Shown: positions 28,790-38,573 of the stretch, one piece after another
Layout of the letters: the number at the start of each line of letters is the position of its first letter
Numbering within the stretch: the stretch's first letter is position 1
From: Escherichia phage ECML-10
Length of the DNA stretch: 64,000 bases
Sequence record: OL631479.1
Direction: 5' to 3' (one strand)
Translations under genes and position numbers: made by a program
The notes under the pieces: generated by a model
What the model was told of the DNA's origin: nothing
The model's database searches: none
What the model saw: only the letters and a program-made list of their open reading frames with translations

Positions 28790-29140
28790 ATGAAAGTAGA
28801 AATTACCGGTTTTGATGTGAATGCGGTTCCGGAAGATATTTTATCTAAATTGCCGGAAGGTTTTGGTAACGGTGTTGTGGTGGATGCTGTTCCTCCTACC
28901 AAAGACATTCTGCTGCAGTATGGTGTAGCAGAGGAAGATGTTGATAAAGTTCTTACAATGATGGCAATCGATCGTGTTGTCGTTGTTAAAGGTCTCGATA
29001 ATTTTGAGAGTGATCCTCTGATTATTCGTGGAGATGACTACAAAATCATCGATAATGAAGGCCAAGAGTTCTATGAGCCTTGTGCAGAAGATATTCTTAA
29101 CTTATTACTGGAAGCAGGCACCGAAGAGGAGGACGAATAA
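28790..29140 (+). CDS. small acidic protein, paralog family member
   Basis: MKVEITGF..., VVVVKGLD, C-terminal TEEEDE; strongly acidic. Confidence 0.5.
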   Translation: MKVEITGFDVNAVPEDILSKLPEGFGNGVVVDAVPPTKDILLQYGVAEEDVDKVLTMMAIDRVVVVKGLDNFESDPLIIRGDDYKIIDNEGQEFYEPCAEDILNLLLEAGTEEEDE

Positions 29141-29469
29141 TGAAGATTGACCCGTTACTGAAGGCTCGTGCAGAAAAAGCGTACACCATTAAGCTGACCA
29201 ACCTGGTTCCTACTTGTCATCCAGATGTAGGTTGGCCCGAAGGTTTGGTGGAGGGAACTGTAACAGCTGCATACCTTCCTAACATCAAATACCTCATGGA
29301 GATCTTAGAGATGGATGAGGAAACTGCAGAACAGTTCCAGTTGGATATGAAACAGAGTGGGACTCTGGTTATTCACGGGTGGTATAATACTAAAGATGCA
29401 GAAGACCCTCTGGTAACTTCTAATCTGGCATATGAAATCTTAGGGCCTTTGAACCTGGAGGAAGACTAA
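29140..29469 (+). CDS. small acidic protein, paralog family member
   Basis: MKIDPLL..., C-terminal LNLEED. Confidence 0.45.
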   Translation: MKIDPLLKARAEKAYTIKLTNLVPTCHPDVGWPEGLVEGTVTAAYLPNIKYLMEILEMDEETAEQFQLDMKQSGTLVIHGWYNTKDAEDPLVTSNLAYEILGPLNLEED

Positions 29470-29756
29470 TGAAAGATCTGGTTAAGATTAAGATTAAAGA
29501 TACCAATGGGGAGCTCAGCCATTTTGGAATTAATGATGGTGACGAGCTGATCGCACACCTGCCTACCAAGGAGGTTGTAAGCAAAGCAGTTGCCGGAGAA
29601 GAAGCTGCAATGCAGGCTGCAGGTGTGGATGAAAACTATGTAGCTATGTGCATGTGCCGAGATCAGGTTGTTCTGTATAAAGCGTATCGACCAAACGGAG
29701 CCACGGAGTGGCTTGTATTCCGACCCGAAGGATATGAAATCTTAGAGGCACTATGA
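29469..29756 (+). CDS. small acidic protein
   Basis: MKDLVKIKIKD..., C-terminal YEILEAL. Confidence 0.45.
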   Translation: MKDLVKIKIKDTNGELSHFGINDGDELIAHLPTKEVVSKAVAGEEAAMQAAGVDENYVAMCMCRDQVVLYKAYRPNGATEWLVFRPEGYEILEAL

Positions 29757-29845
29757 TAAATCTTGCCAAGGTTGCAACGGCACTGTTAATTATTTGCTGG
29801 TCAGTAACCTTAACACTGTGTCTTGTATTTCAGTGAGGTGCTTGT

Positions 29846-30109
29846 ATGAACATCCTGATGTGGGTTATAGCAGTGGCGTTTGTTGCATGTTTTTGCTGCT
29901 GGGTTGCGGTGAGGATTTCTGTAGCTACCCTTCGGAAGTTGGGGTTCTCAGAATGGGATATTAATATCCTTTCTTTTCGCAATGAGACAATATCAGCCGC
30001 CCTGCTTTGTAAGAAATTCAAGTGGGAACCTTGTGAGGTCATGAACTATCTAAGAACGGGAGATATCCCTGAAAGATTTAAAAAAGTTCTTGACGGTAAG
30101 GATAAATGA
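29846..30109 (+). CDS. small membrane protein
   Basis: N-terminal TM helix WVIAVAFVACFCCWVAV. Confidence 0.4.
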   Translation: MNILMWVIAVAFVACFCCWVAVRISVATLRKLGFSEWDINILSFRNETISAALLCKKFKWEPCEVMNYLRTGDIPERFKKVLDGKDK

Positions 30110-30264
30110 TAGTATAGTGACTAACAAGAGGTGAGGAATGACAGATTTTACTGAAGCTTTAATGATGGCCTTGTCTGTTTTAGCGCTATCGGTGTGTTTT
30201 GGGGCGTTATTCACATCTCTGGTTAAAGTTTTACATACAGTATTATTACCCAAGGAGCGCAGTA

Positions 30265-30516
30265 ATGACGAAGATTGACTTGAATGCTGGCGACCATGTT
30301 GTTGTCAAATGCATCGGAGATTATCTTGGATTCACAATCGGCAATACTTACGAGGCGGTAGTGGCGAAGGTTTATCATGATAAAGTCCTCAGTCTTGTAT
30401 TTGACTGCGATGATGATGGGGATGACCGATACGTCTGTGAGGTGCTGGCACGAGACGATAGTGAAGACCAGAAATTCCTGGTTATTGAACTGAACGGTAT
30501 TTTTGTAGAACGTTAA
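30265..30516 (+). CDS. hypothetical acidic protein
   Basis: ATG at 30265; 83 aa. Confidence 0.4.
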   Translation: MTKIDLNAGDHVVVKCIGDYLGFTIGNTYEAVVAKVYHDKVLSLVFDCDDDGDDRYVCEVLARDDSEDQKFLVIELNGIFVER

Positions 30517-30544
30517 TTTAAAACAACATAAGGAGACTCTTACT

Positions 30545-30850
30545 ATGGCTAAATCTAAAGTTGAACTGTTCACCTCTCTTCCTTCTGACACTGCAGAGCG
30601 TGATCGCCTTCGCAAAACAATCGAAGAACTGGTGGAACTCCAACTTCAGATTAAAGATCTGAAAGATGCCATCAAGGATATCATTCTTGTTGAGAAGCAG
30701 GATCATCTGTATTCTCCTAAATTCATCAAATCTCTGGTGGCTACCGAGTTCGATATTCGATATGAGGCTGAAAAACGTCGAGCTAAAATCGAAGAAGAGG
30801 TTGAGCACATGTCCGAGGCAGACATTCTGTTCAAACGCTCTGTAGAATAA
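30545..30850 (+). CDS. hypothetical coiled-coil protein
   Basis: AAGGAGA RBS; heptad-like charged sequence. Confidence 0.45.
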   Translation: MAKSKVELFTSLPSDTAERDRLRKTIEELVELQLQIKDLKDAIKDIILVEKQDHLYSPKFIKSLVATEFDIRYEAEKRRAKIEEEVEHMSEADILFKRSVE

Positions 30851-30856
30851 TGACAA

Positions 30857-30882
30857 AGAGAGGGGCTTGGGCCCCTCTTTTT
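30857..30882 (+). terminator. intrinsic terminator
   Basis: AGAGGGGC-ttgg-GCCCCTCT followed by TTTTT. Confidence 0.7.
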
Positions 30883-30905
30883 ACTATCTATGAAGGAGAT
30901 TTGAG

Positions 30906-31232
30906 ATGGGTATACCGATCACTGTAAAAGAATTGAATGAACGTGATGCAGGTGGTCTATGGCCTGCACGAAAAATACGCTGCGTCTACATGAAAGAGAA
31001 CCTTGAACATCTTGATCAACAGATCAAGGTCGGTGATATTTTCGAGGTCTTCTATTCCAATCGTCGCAACTGGGAAACCATTCAGCCTTCTGGTTTTGTT
31101 CTTGCCAAACTTGACACTGGAGAAGTGATTATCCCAGGGTTGGATATTGTCTTCGAAATTATCCAGGAGTGGGATCCGGATAAGATTAGATATGAAGAGT
31201 TATTCGGTGAAGGTATTATCAAACCTGTGTGA
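30906..31232 (+). CDS. hypothetical protein
   Basis: 108 aa ORF after GAAGGAGA RBS. Confidence 0.45.
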   Translation: MGIPITVKELNERDAGGLWPARKIRCVYMKENLEHLDQQIKVGDIFEVFYSNRRNWETIQPSGFVLAKLDTGEVIIPGLDIVFEIIQEWDPDKIRYEELFGEGIIKPV

Positions 31233-31240
31233 GGTGGATT

Positions 31241-31540
31241 ATGTCTACAAAGACGGCTAAATACTCCTACATGCCATCAACCTCTGCAGAGGTAGATTTT
31301 AGTTTCGATGTGTTTCCACTGTTTGAGGTGGTTCTGGCATACCCAACAATACTATCTACTCCGGAATCACTTGTGCCTGTTAAGTTGCAGAACGCCATGC
31401 ATTCTATGCACTACAACAATAAATGCAGGCACAGATGGTGTCAGGACGAGGAAAAAGATCTGGATAGTTTGAGAGATTTTGACAGTCACCTTTTGACACC
31501 TTTCAGCTACTCCAACCTTGATAAGCCATCATGGGTATAG
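31241..31540 (+). CDS. hypothetical protein
   Basis: ATG after GAGGTGG. Confidence 0.4.
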   Translation: MSTKTAKYSYMPSTSAEVDFSFDVFPLFEVVLAYPTILSTPESLVPVKLQNAMHSMHYNNKCRHRWCQDEEKDLDSLRDFDSHLLTPFSYSNLDKPSWV

Positions 31541-31565
31541 CAAAATATCAAATTTAAGACACCTA

Positions 31566-31592
31566 GGACGCTCTGTGGCGTCCTTTTCTTTA
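31566..31592 (+). terminator. intrinsic terminator
   Basis: GGACGC-tctgtg-GCGTCC followed by TTTTCTTT. Confidence 0.7.
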
Positions 31593-31753
31593 TCTGGTGC
31601 ACGATTGCATACCTTGGACAGATAATCTCCTTACAGAGCGTTTAAGAGCTTCCTACAAACAACTCTCTTTTTCGAGCGTAGCGAGAACGCACGTCCGTTT
31701 TGACCCAAATCCCCATACGCTCGGATTTTAACCAAACCCTCGCGGCGTTTCTA

Positions 31754-31782
31754 TTGACACATTACCGCTCCAGTGATAGTAT
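31754..31782 (+). promoter_or_regulatory. sigma70-like promoter
   Basis: TTGACA-17 nt-TAGTAT. Confidence 0.5.
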
Positions 31783-31900
31783 CCACACATAGTTTGTAGA
31801 ATATGGAATACACAATGAGAACATTGTCCGAAGTTTTAGTAGTGATCCTGATGATCATTACGTCCATAGCGGCTGTTGCCGGAATACTCACGGGTGGAAC

Positions 31901-32113
31901 ATGATCAACACGCATGCACCTGAAGAGACATCCGAAGGAGTGACCATATGTCCATTGTCTGAGCCAGTGAAAGAGGAAAACTTCGATTCTGAAGATTCTC
32001 CATCTTCGCTCCAGGTAGATCCTGAGGCTGATGACCTAACGTGGGAAGACATCGTAGACATCTGGTTCTCCATTATGCCTGAGCACGAAGAGTTCAGAGG
32101 TGGTAGACTATGA
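31901..32113 (+). CDS. hypothetical acidic protein
   Basis: 70 aa ORF; a possible 29-aa hydrophobic peptide ORF lies just upstream (about 31816-31905). Confidence 0.35.
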   Translation: MINTHAPEETSEGVTICPLSEPVKEENFDSEDSPSSLQVDPEADDLTWEDIVDIWFSIMPEHEEFRGGRL

Positions 32114-32234
32114 AGCACCGAGCCCACACAGGTTCCTCATGCTAAAGCATGGCCTGAAGAGGCAAACGTGTATAATTCCAGTGCATTGGAACGTATAAAA
32201 CCCTGTTCACACTCTCATTTCCAGAGGAGATTTC

Positions 32235-32450
32235 ATGAAGATAGAAATATTTGGTGGAGCTGACAACACTCGTGGCCTGATTTACCTTGAATTCGATGAA
32301 ACATACCTGCCAGAGGTGTTAAATATAGACTCTGTTGCTGAGGCTTTGGGAGTAAACCCTAAAGAACTCCACTCTTGTGCTGAGATCGATGGTTGGGAAG
32401 AGACCATGAACATTGATTTCAGTGAAGTAGAGGATGAACCGCTGGACTGA
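32235..32450 (+). CDS. small acidic protein, paralog family member
   Basis: MKIEIFGG..., C-terminal EVEDEPLD; last plus-strand gene. Confidence 0.45.
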   Translation: MKIEIFGGADNTRGLIYLEFDETYLPEVLNIDSVAEALGVNPKELHSCAEIDGWEETMNIDFSEVEDEPLD

Positions 32451-32577
32451 CACACAATTAGCTGCCCGGCTAAAGTGCTGGAAGCACCTATAACACATCT
32501 TTCAACTAAATTTCCCACCACCACAATCACTTACCTCCCACACATGACTGTTTGCTTGTTTAGTGAGCAGTCATGCC

Positions 32578-32605
32578 TTGACATTCTTGCCTATCCTGAT
32601 AAAAT
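32578..32605 (+). promoter_or_regulatory. sigma70-like promoter facing into ORF-poor region
   Basis: TTGACA-16 nt-TAAAAT; no credible ORF downstream. Confidence 0.4.
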
Positions 32606-34030
32606 TAAGTTCTTCTCTTTTCTTTTACCGAGTAATTCGGGTTTTCTGTTCTCTTCGGTTTGAAGGGGTATGGAGATACACCTGAGTGAACAGGGTGAAC
32701 AACCGAACATTTGGCTATGGCATTAGCATGGCGAAGCGGACGGGTGACGAAAGAGGGGCCGGAGGACACCAGTCACTGCCATATGATATATGGGTGATAA
32801 CCTGAAGAGTCTGAATAAGTGTTTAAGTACCAGTCAGAGGAAAAGGTGAATGGTAGCCGAAGGGGGAGGGGGTTTCTTGTATCTTTAATTTGTATATTAT
32901 GTATACATTCGTAAACCAATCTCATCTGAATCTGTTTACCACACAAAGTGGATAGAGACAAATATTACCTATTAAACTTGAATTATTTATAGAAAATACT
33001 ACAACACTACTTAAGTATTTGATTTTACACACAAATCCTGCAGATATTCACCCCCCATATTTAACATACTTGTAACATATTCCATACTCTACCTGACCGA
33101 TCAACTCACCCAACTACATCCTCCATATTTCCCCTGTCTGTACTACCCCTGCCCAGCCGGGAGTCCCGTCATATCTGGCTTTCCAGCAAATATCACACCC
33201 ACAAATATCATTGCCTGAAGAGGGTTTCATCCCATAATACATGCCTTACCTGAAGAGCGCTTCATATACCCCGTAAATTTTTTAATTGACACCCTCCCCG
33301 CCGCCGGAGGGGGTTGGCTTTTCCCACACAGACCCGAAGAGCCAGCCAGAAATATCTGAACAGGTCCAGCTATGCCACGATTTTGACCTGACCTACAGGA
33401 GTGCTTCCCTGTCAGGAGCCGGTAGCGACTGGAGTGCTGCCAGGCGGACGAAATGGGAATACTTCTCATTCTTATAATAATTCTCAAATATCGAGGCAGT
33501 GAGGCAAATTAATAGGTGAGGCCGTTCACACAGTGGCACAACATTTGCAACCTATCTTGTGTGGGGGAATGAGAATACCTATCATTGTGAGAATAGTTAT
33601 CATTACGGGCAATTTAACATAATACCCATTATGCGCACCACTGGCGATCCATACAGGGATTGATAACATGAGTTACTGTTTATGCATATAACAATTATAT
33701 TTCTTACTATTTGTGTGGGATATAGTTAGCAGCCAATAGATTAGATATTGACCTGTAGACTTCTGACCGTCCAGACGTCTAAACGCCCACACAACAAGGC
33801 TTATACATACATCGCTGAATGTAAACAGGGCCGCAAAAATGCTACCATACCAGATTGTAAATTTTTCATACAGCACTTGACAAAGAGGAGAAAAACTTGT
33901 CTGACACTTTAGACACAATAGTGACATAATGGTGACACACTGGGCATACTCAACACACTGGATACAATAACAGTTGTTACTATTGCATGCTTCACTGTTC
34001 ACGTATAGATTGTTTACACAGAGATGATAA

Positions 34031-34311
34031 GCCATGCCATTCGTTTGCATGACAATAATTAACTTGTTTACAATCTTTCACTGGCTATGCCAGGTGACCT
34101 TTGGTCACCCCTTCGGGTGTTTCTATGACATAATATAAAAGCAGGGCAACTATTAGAAGATCTATAGTTGCCTTGCTTGTTATGTCACGATTAACTAAAT
34201 ACAAGGCAACTATGATCTGATTAATAGTTTGCAGACAAACTATCACGGGGGTGATGGTTACTGCTTTTATATTATGTCGCGACTCCGTCGCGCCATGCCA
34301 TTCGTTTGCAT
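34031..34311. repeat. composite palindrome/iteron locus bounded by 20-bp direct repeats
   Basis: direct repeats GCCATGCCATTCGTTTGCAT at 34031 and 34292; perfect 18-bp inverted repeat GACATAATATAAAAGCAG (34127) / CTGCTTTTATATTATGTC (34261); GGCAACTAT / ATAGTTGCC palindrome at 34145-34172 with more copies at 34205 and 34310; GGTGACC..GGTCACC at 34093. Confidence 0.7.
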
Positions 34312-34924
34312 AGTTGCCTTATTGTTACGAATAAAACAATTGCATTGTTAATGATTTCTTATCTTTCTCTTAGTCATCTAATGATTCCAGTCAGTATAGT
34401 AATGTACAGTAAACATTAGACGACTAAAGATTTCTCTGTTTATTATAACTCACCGTTATAATTTCGAGCTGTTTACGAAAAATGTTGACATCCTAGCCGA
34501 TTTATGTTATGCAGTTTACACGAATAATTATTTTATGCAGGTATTGACTATTCCGTTATTCTATGGTTGGAATAAATACTTAGCAGGCTATAGACTGGTG
34601 AGCGTACGTAAATTCTGAGATCTGGCGGCTATAGTTATACTCGATTTTTCACGTAGAACACGCTTTTGTGGTTATGTAAGTGCATGAATTATAAGAATTT
34701 TTATTTGTTGACAAGATATTGAAGATATGCATCAGGTTAAAATTTATGCAATAGCGGCATTACGTGCAATTTTGGAAGGAAAAGCGTGTAAAAATGGCCC
34801 TGCTACCACACAATGAAAGGTTATGCAATAGCTATTTTACATGTATATTTGTACAGTGTGTGGGATTGATGGCTCGTCAATTATTCCACTTGCCAGGTAG
34901 GGCCGTTTGTGGTAGGAAAAGAGA

Positions 34925-34951
34925 AGACAAAAAGAAAGGGGCTTTAAGCCC
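34925..34951 (-). terminator. intrinsic terminator for the leftward gene block
   Basis: minus-strand GGGGC-uuaaa-GCCCC followed by UUUCUUUUU. Confidence 0.65.
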
Positions 34952-34972
34952 CTGACCGTTCATCTTGTTGTA

Positions 34973-35236
34973 TTATTTGTTGCTCATCCAGTTTTCCCAA
35001 GCTGCCTGATAATCTGCCTCACTACGGCGGATCTCTTCTTGTTCTTCAAGTCGGATCTCTTCTTCCAGGTACCCCAAGATGTCAGCCTTTTTGGTCTGGC
35101 GTAGCATCCAGTCATCTTTTTTGCGGGTAAAGATCTTATAAGCTTTCTCGCAAACCTCTTTTTTGCTACCTTTCTGGACTTCCAGAACACGATAAGCCAT
35201 ATATTGAACTAGTTTGAGCTGGTCAAGACGTTTCAT
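34973..35236 (-). CDS. hypothetical protein
   Basis: AAAGAGGAAAAA RBS; 87 aa. Confidence 0.5.
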   Translation of the reverse strand: MKRLDQLKLVQYMAYRVLEVQKGSKKEVCEKAYKIFTRKKDDWMLRQTKKADILGYLEEEIRLEEQEEIRRSEADYQAAWENWMSNK

Positions 35237-35298
35237 GATGTTTTTCCTCTTTATGTGGTTTTTGTTCAGTGGGCCTTTTGGCCCGTGTCATTATCTTA

Positions 35299-35571
35299 TT
35301 ACTTACGGCGGCAGAATTCAAGCGTTTTTAATTGATAATCTTCCTCAGCCTGGAGTACAACCGCCTCGATCATTTCGTTGGCATTGTTGAAGCCATACCC
35401 TTTAGCGAACTCATCCGCACCACCTTCGTGATCATGTTCTGCGTTCATCGCTTCCACGAAATGGAATTCAAGATTATTGAGATAAGGGCTTGATGTTCCG
35501 TCCTCTTTTTCGATGAGATCCCAAATAGCATTAAAACGTGATTCGACTTCTTGATTAATCCAGCTTGACAT
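35299..35571 (-). CDS. hypothetical acidic protein
   Basis: AGAGAGGAAAA RBS; 90 aa. Confidence 0.5.
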   Translation of the reverse strand: MSSWINQEVESRFNAIWDLIEKEDGTSSPYLNNLEFHFVEAMNAEHDHEGGADEFAKGYGFNNANEMIEAVVLQAEEDYQLKTLEFCRRK

Positions 35572-35782
35572 AATGTTTTCCTCTCTTCTGGTTGTTGTGT
35601 GGGCACTTTTGCCCCTTCAAGATAAATGTTACCCCACCACCTGGCAGATGTCAACGGTTTTTATAGTTCTTATATGACAGGCAGGCCCGGTGATTGTCTC
35701 CCCCCGTCGCCAGGTGCCTGCCGTGTAATAAGTATAACAAAAAACAGGACCATTGCAAGCCCTGTTTTCTAGTTAATAAGGA

Positions 35783-35974
35783 TTATATTTTTTCGCCTAT
35801 GTAGTCCGGTCGGTTTTTCTCTGTCATGCGCTTTAGCAATTCTTGCATGTTACTTATGGCTTGTAGTGTATCCTCTTCCAGACTTGAATCAACATAATCA
35901 GGATCGTCTATGACCTTTCTATGATTATGATAACGCAGTACCGCCAATACCTTTCTAACTTGTTCAACATTCAT
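35783..35974 (-). CDS. hypothetical protein
   Basis: 63 aa ORF; weak RBS. Confidence 0.35.
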   Translation of the reverse strand: MNVEQVRKVLAVLRYHNHRKVIDDPDYVDSSLEEDTLQAISNMQELLKRMTEKNRPDYIGEKI

Positions 35975-36123
35975 TTTTATCGCTCTTTAAAACAAGGTGC
36001 CAACCGTTTCTAGTAGATCACTGACCACCAGGACAATACTGATCAGCACATATCTAACCATAAGGGGAAAGAGCGCCAGCGATCCCGCCACAATCCCCAA
36101 GGTAATGATTATCTTTTTCACGG

Positions 36124-36408
36124 TTAACGGTTAACGTAAGCTTTACCGTTCACGGTTATGGGTAGATCCTCCAGGTCTGGATCTTCCTTAAGGTCGCGAG
36201 CAAGCTCACCGCACCGGATACCCTCGAATCCGTAGTACTCTGTTGTACCGTCATTAAAAGTTTTAGCGGCAAGGCATAAGCGATAAGTAACCCCGATTTG
36301 ATTGACGGCATGGATATCCGTTAGATCAACCTCTTTTGCCAGCTCTTTAGCCATTACAGGCGCATTAAGTCCAACAACCAGGGCAACTACTGCGATCATC
36401 TTTTTCAT
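36124..36408 (-). CDS. secreted/periplasmic small protein
   Basis: AAAGAGGATAG RBS; N-terminal signal-peptide-like MKKMIAVVALVVGLNAPVMA. Confidence 0.5.
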   Translation of the reverse strand: MKKMIAVVALVVGLNAPVMAKELAKEVDLTDIHAVNQIGVTYRLCLAAKTFNDGTTEYYGFEGIRCGELARDLKEDPDLEDLPITVNGKAYVNR

Positions 36409-36499
36409 TGTGTCTATCCTCTTTCTGCTACGTTTAAGGCGGCGGTAACCGCCTGTTTATGTTTTGTTGGTTAATTTTCGGGTATCGGTATAAATTAAA

Positions 36500-36715
36500 C
36501 TATGCTGTACGCTCAACTATAACAACGGCTTGAGGGATCTCACCTTCAACCACTATCAAGGCTTTTTTCTGCGTGATAGATATCTTTACCCGCTTCAGTG
36601 TGGCGGTAAAATCTTTCATTTCGTCACGTGGTGTTTTAGTGCAATGCCAGATCTCGGGCTTGCCGATCTGTAAGCTGCGCAAGAATTCCGTTTTACCTGT
36701 TTTATTCGTGATCAT
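36500..36715 (-). CDS. hypothetical protein
   Basis: ATG after AAGGTGA; 71 aa. Confidence 0.4.
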   Translation of the reverse strand: MITNKTGKTEFLRSLQIGKPEIWHCTKTPRDEMKDFTATLKRVKISITQKKALIVVEGEIPQAVVIVERTA

Positions 36716-36917
36716 TTGATTCACCTTATCCAATACCGTGGGAAGATAGGATCATGTTAGCCATAGTTGCAACCACTCCAACCGATAATGCCAGGCCAAC
36801 TACTACAACCGTGAAAATTTTATCTAACATGATTCTACCCTCATTAATGGGCGTTGCCTTATTGCCCCGCCCTACGAAATACATTCTACCTGATTTACAA
36901 TTGTTGTCAAACTATTT

Positions 36918-37096
36918 TAACGATAATCATCATATGCTTTATTGACCTGGCGAATATAACATTCAAAAGCTAGATCAATAGATTTATATTCACGGATATA
37001 TTCACCATAGGAAACCACATACATTTCTATAGCTTCCTCATATGCGAGGAGAATAGAATCTAAGCCTACGATCTCAGTCTTTGCAATAATAGCCAT
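36918..37096 (-). CDS. hypothetical small protein (59 aa)
   Basis: ATG after AAAGAGGATAAAAA preceded by GC hairpin; not in the 60-aa ORF track. Confidence 0.4.
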
Positions 37097-37172
37097 GATT
37101 TTTATCCTCTTTGTGGTTGGTGGGGCTTGTTGCCCCCATTTGATTTATATATTACAGTCTTATATGGTCATG

Positions 37173-37406
37173 TCAACTATTTTCAAAAAATTTTTCTGCT
37201 GTGATATTTTTCCCGGTAGGGTTCGCTACTTTTAAAATTCTATCATGCACCGGACGCCCGAAAGAATAAGATCCGTATACAGTAAACCAATAATTGCCGT
37301 CAGGCTGTACTATTACCGTCGCATATGGTACGCCTTTTTCGTTTTTGCTGACAAAATAGATCACATTGCCATTAATAGCCTCGGCGCGTTTAATTTGTTC
37401 CATCAT
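37173..37406 (-). CDS. hypothetical protein
   Basis: AGGTGA RBS; 77 aa. Confidence 0.45.
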   Translation of the reverse strand: MMEQIKRAEAINGNVIYFVSKNEKGVPYATVIVQPDGNYWFTVYGSYSFGRPVHDRILKVANPTGKNITAEKFFENS

Positions 37407-37469
37407 GATGATTCACCTATCTTTATTTTTTCATAGTTTCAGGAGGGGGCCTTTTCGGCCCCGCCAGGT

Positions 37470-37754
37470 TTATTTATTGATAGCGTGCAGCGGGAAAGGT
37501 ACGCCAGGTTGATAGATAACCTTTACAACCTCATCAGGACAAAAGAAATTGCAGAACTCACCGCAATAGGCCTCATCCTCTTTCAACTCTTCATCAACAT
37601 ACTCAAAAAAGTAGTCGATGCTTGGATAATCTTGACCAGGGTTATAATCAACCATAGTGAGGACCAGTTCAAGATCATTGCGGATGATATGCATACCAGC
37701 TTTTAAATACTTCGCTTCCATTTTTACTACATCGCCAGCGGTAACAATAGCCAT
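37470..37754 (-). CDS. hypothetical acidic protein
   Basis: start placed at internal ATG (MAIVTAGDVV) with RBS. Confidence 0.45.
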   Translation of the reverse strand: MAIVTAGDVVKMEAKYLKAGMHIIRNDLELVLTMVDYNPGQDYPSIDYFFEYVDEELKEDEAYCGEFCNFFCPDEVVKVIYQPGVPFPLHAINK

Positions 37755-37979
37755 GGTTTTAACTCCTGTTTCTGTTAATGATTGGAGGCATAACCCCCCT
37801 CGACAACTCTTATTATCCATATTGTAGGGCTTGATGCAAGTACTTCTTTAAAAAATTTTTAAGTGCCTTGGAGGCCGCTGTAACGCCAAAATAATAAAGG
37901 CCATGCAACCGCATAGCCTTTATGTGATTATATCGCTGCAGGCCCTGCTAGGGGCCTTATTTTGCATCATTTGCCGGAA

Positions 37980-38279
37980 CTATACAGAGAAAACATCGTT
38001 CACAATAGCGATCACAATGCCGCCCACCTTGTCACGGTCAACAATGCACAAATCACCATAGATCATGTGGTAGTCTGGATGATCTTTCACGGAATAGTCA
38101 ATGAGCGTTTTCTTGTCGTCCAGCTTTGTAACTTCCATTCTCATAACGATATGAGAATCATCAAAGGCATTATTCCGAAAAGTCATAGCCTGACCACCAT
38201 GGCACCCAGTGATCTCCACTTCCACACCGTCTACGATCTGACCATTAAAGAAATAAAGATTATTAGCCAGGATAAACAT
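37980..38279 (-). CDS. hypothetical protein
   Basis: ATG after AAGGAGTG RBS. Confidence 0.45.
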   Translation of the reverse strand: MFILANNLYFFNGQIVDGVEVEITGCHGGQAMTFRNNAFDDSHIVMRMEVTKLDDKKTLIDYSVKDHPDYHMIYGDLCIVDRDKVGGIVIAIVNDVFSV

Positions 38280-38324
38280 GTTTATCACTCCTTGTTAACT
38301 GCGTGTTATTTTTACCACGATTAA

Positions 38325-38376
38325 AATTTACTTTACTGATGGCCCTGGCGTCAAGGCCATCTAAAAATAAATTTAC
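38325..38376. repeat. conserved ~50-bp intergenic stem-loop element, copy 1
   Basis: TTTACTTTACTGATGGCCCTGGCGTCAAGGCCATCTAAAAATAAATTTAC; 7-bp stem GATGGCC/GGCCATC. Confidence 0.7.
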
Positions 38377-38573
38377 AGGCCTACAATCTCTTTGATTCGT
38401 TTAACTGCTGCCTCAGCGCCTTGGGGGTAGAAATTATGGTAACCGATCACGCGAGTGATACTAATTGCAGTTTGATGATCTTCATAATAGCCCTTGAAGA
38501 TTTCTTGACCGTCAATCAGCACGGCAATTTTTTCTTCTTTTTTGAAGTTAATAACGCGGATATTGTTGCTCAT
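38373..38573 (-). CDS. hypothetical protein
   Basis: AAAGGAGAAACAAA RBS; 66 aa. Confidence 0.5.
   Translation of the reverse strand: MSNNIRVINFKKEEKIAVLIDGQEIFKGYYEDHQTAISITRVIGYHNFYPQGAEAAVKRIKEIVGL

Noticed and set aside
33227-34050. Six-frame ORFs in the central region (e.g. 33227-33487 minus, 33673-34050 minus, 34764-34955 plus) as real genes
   Set aside because: They lack RBSs, have atypical composition, and overlap the palindromes and direct repeats; more likely non-coding.
32451-34972. tRNA genes in the large non-coding region
   Set aside because: Scanning by eye found no T-loop-like GTTCRANYC box with matching acceptor stems; cannot be fully excluded without a tRNA scanner.
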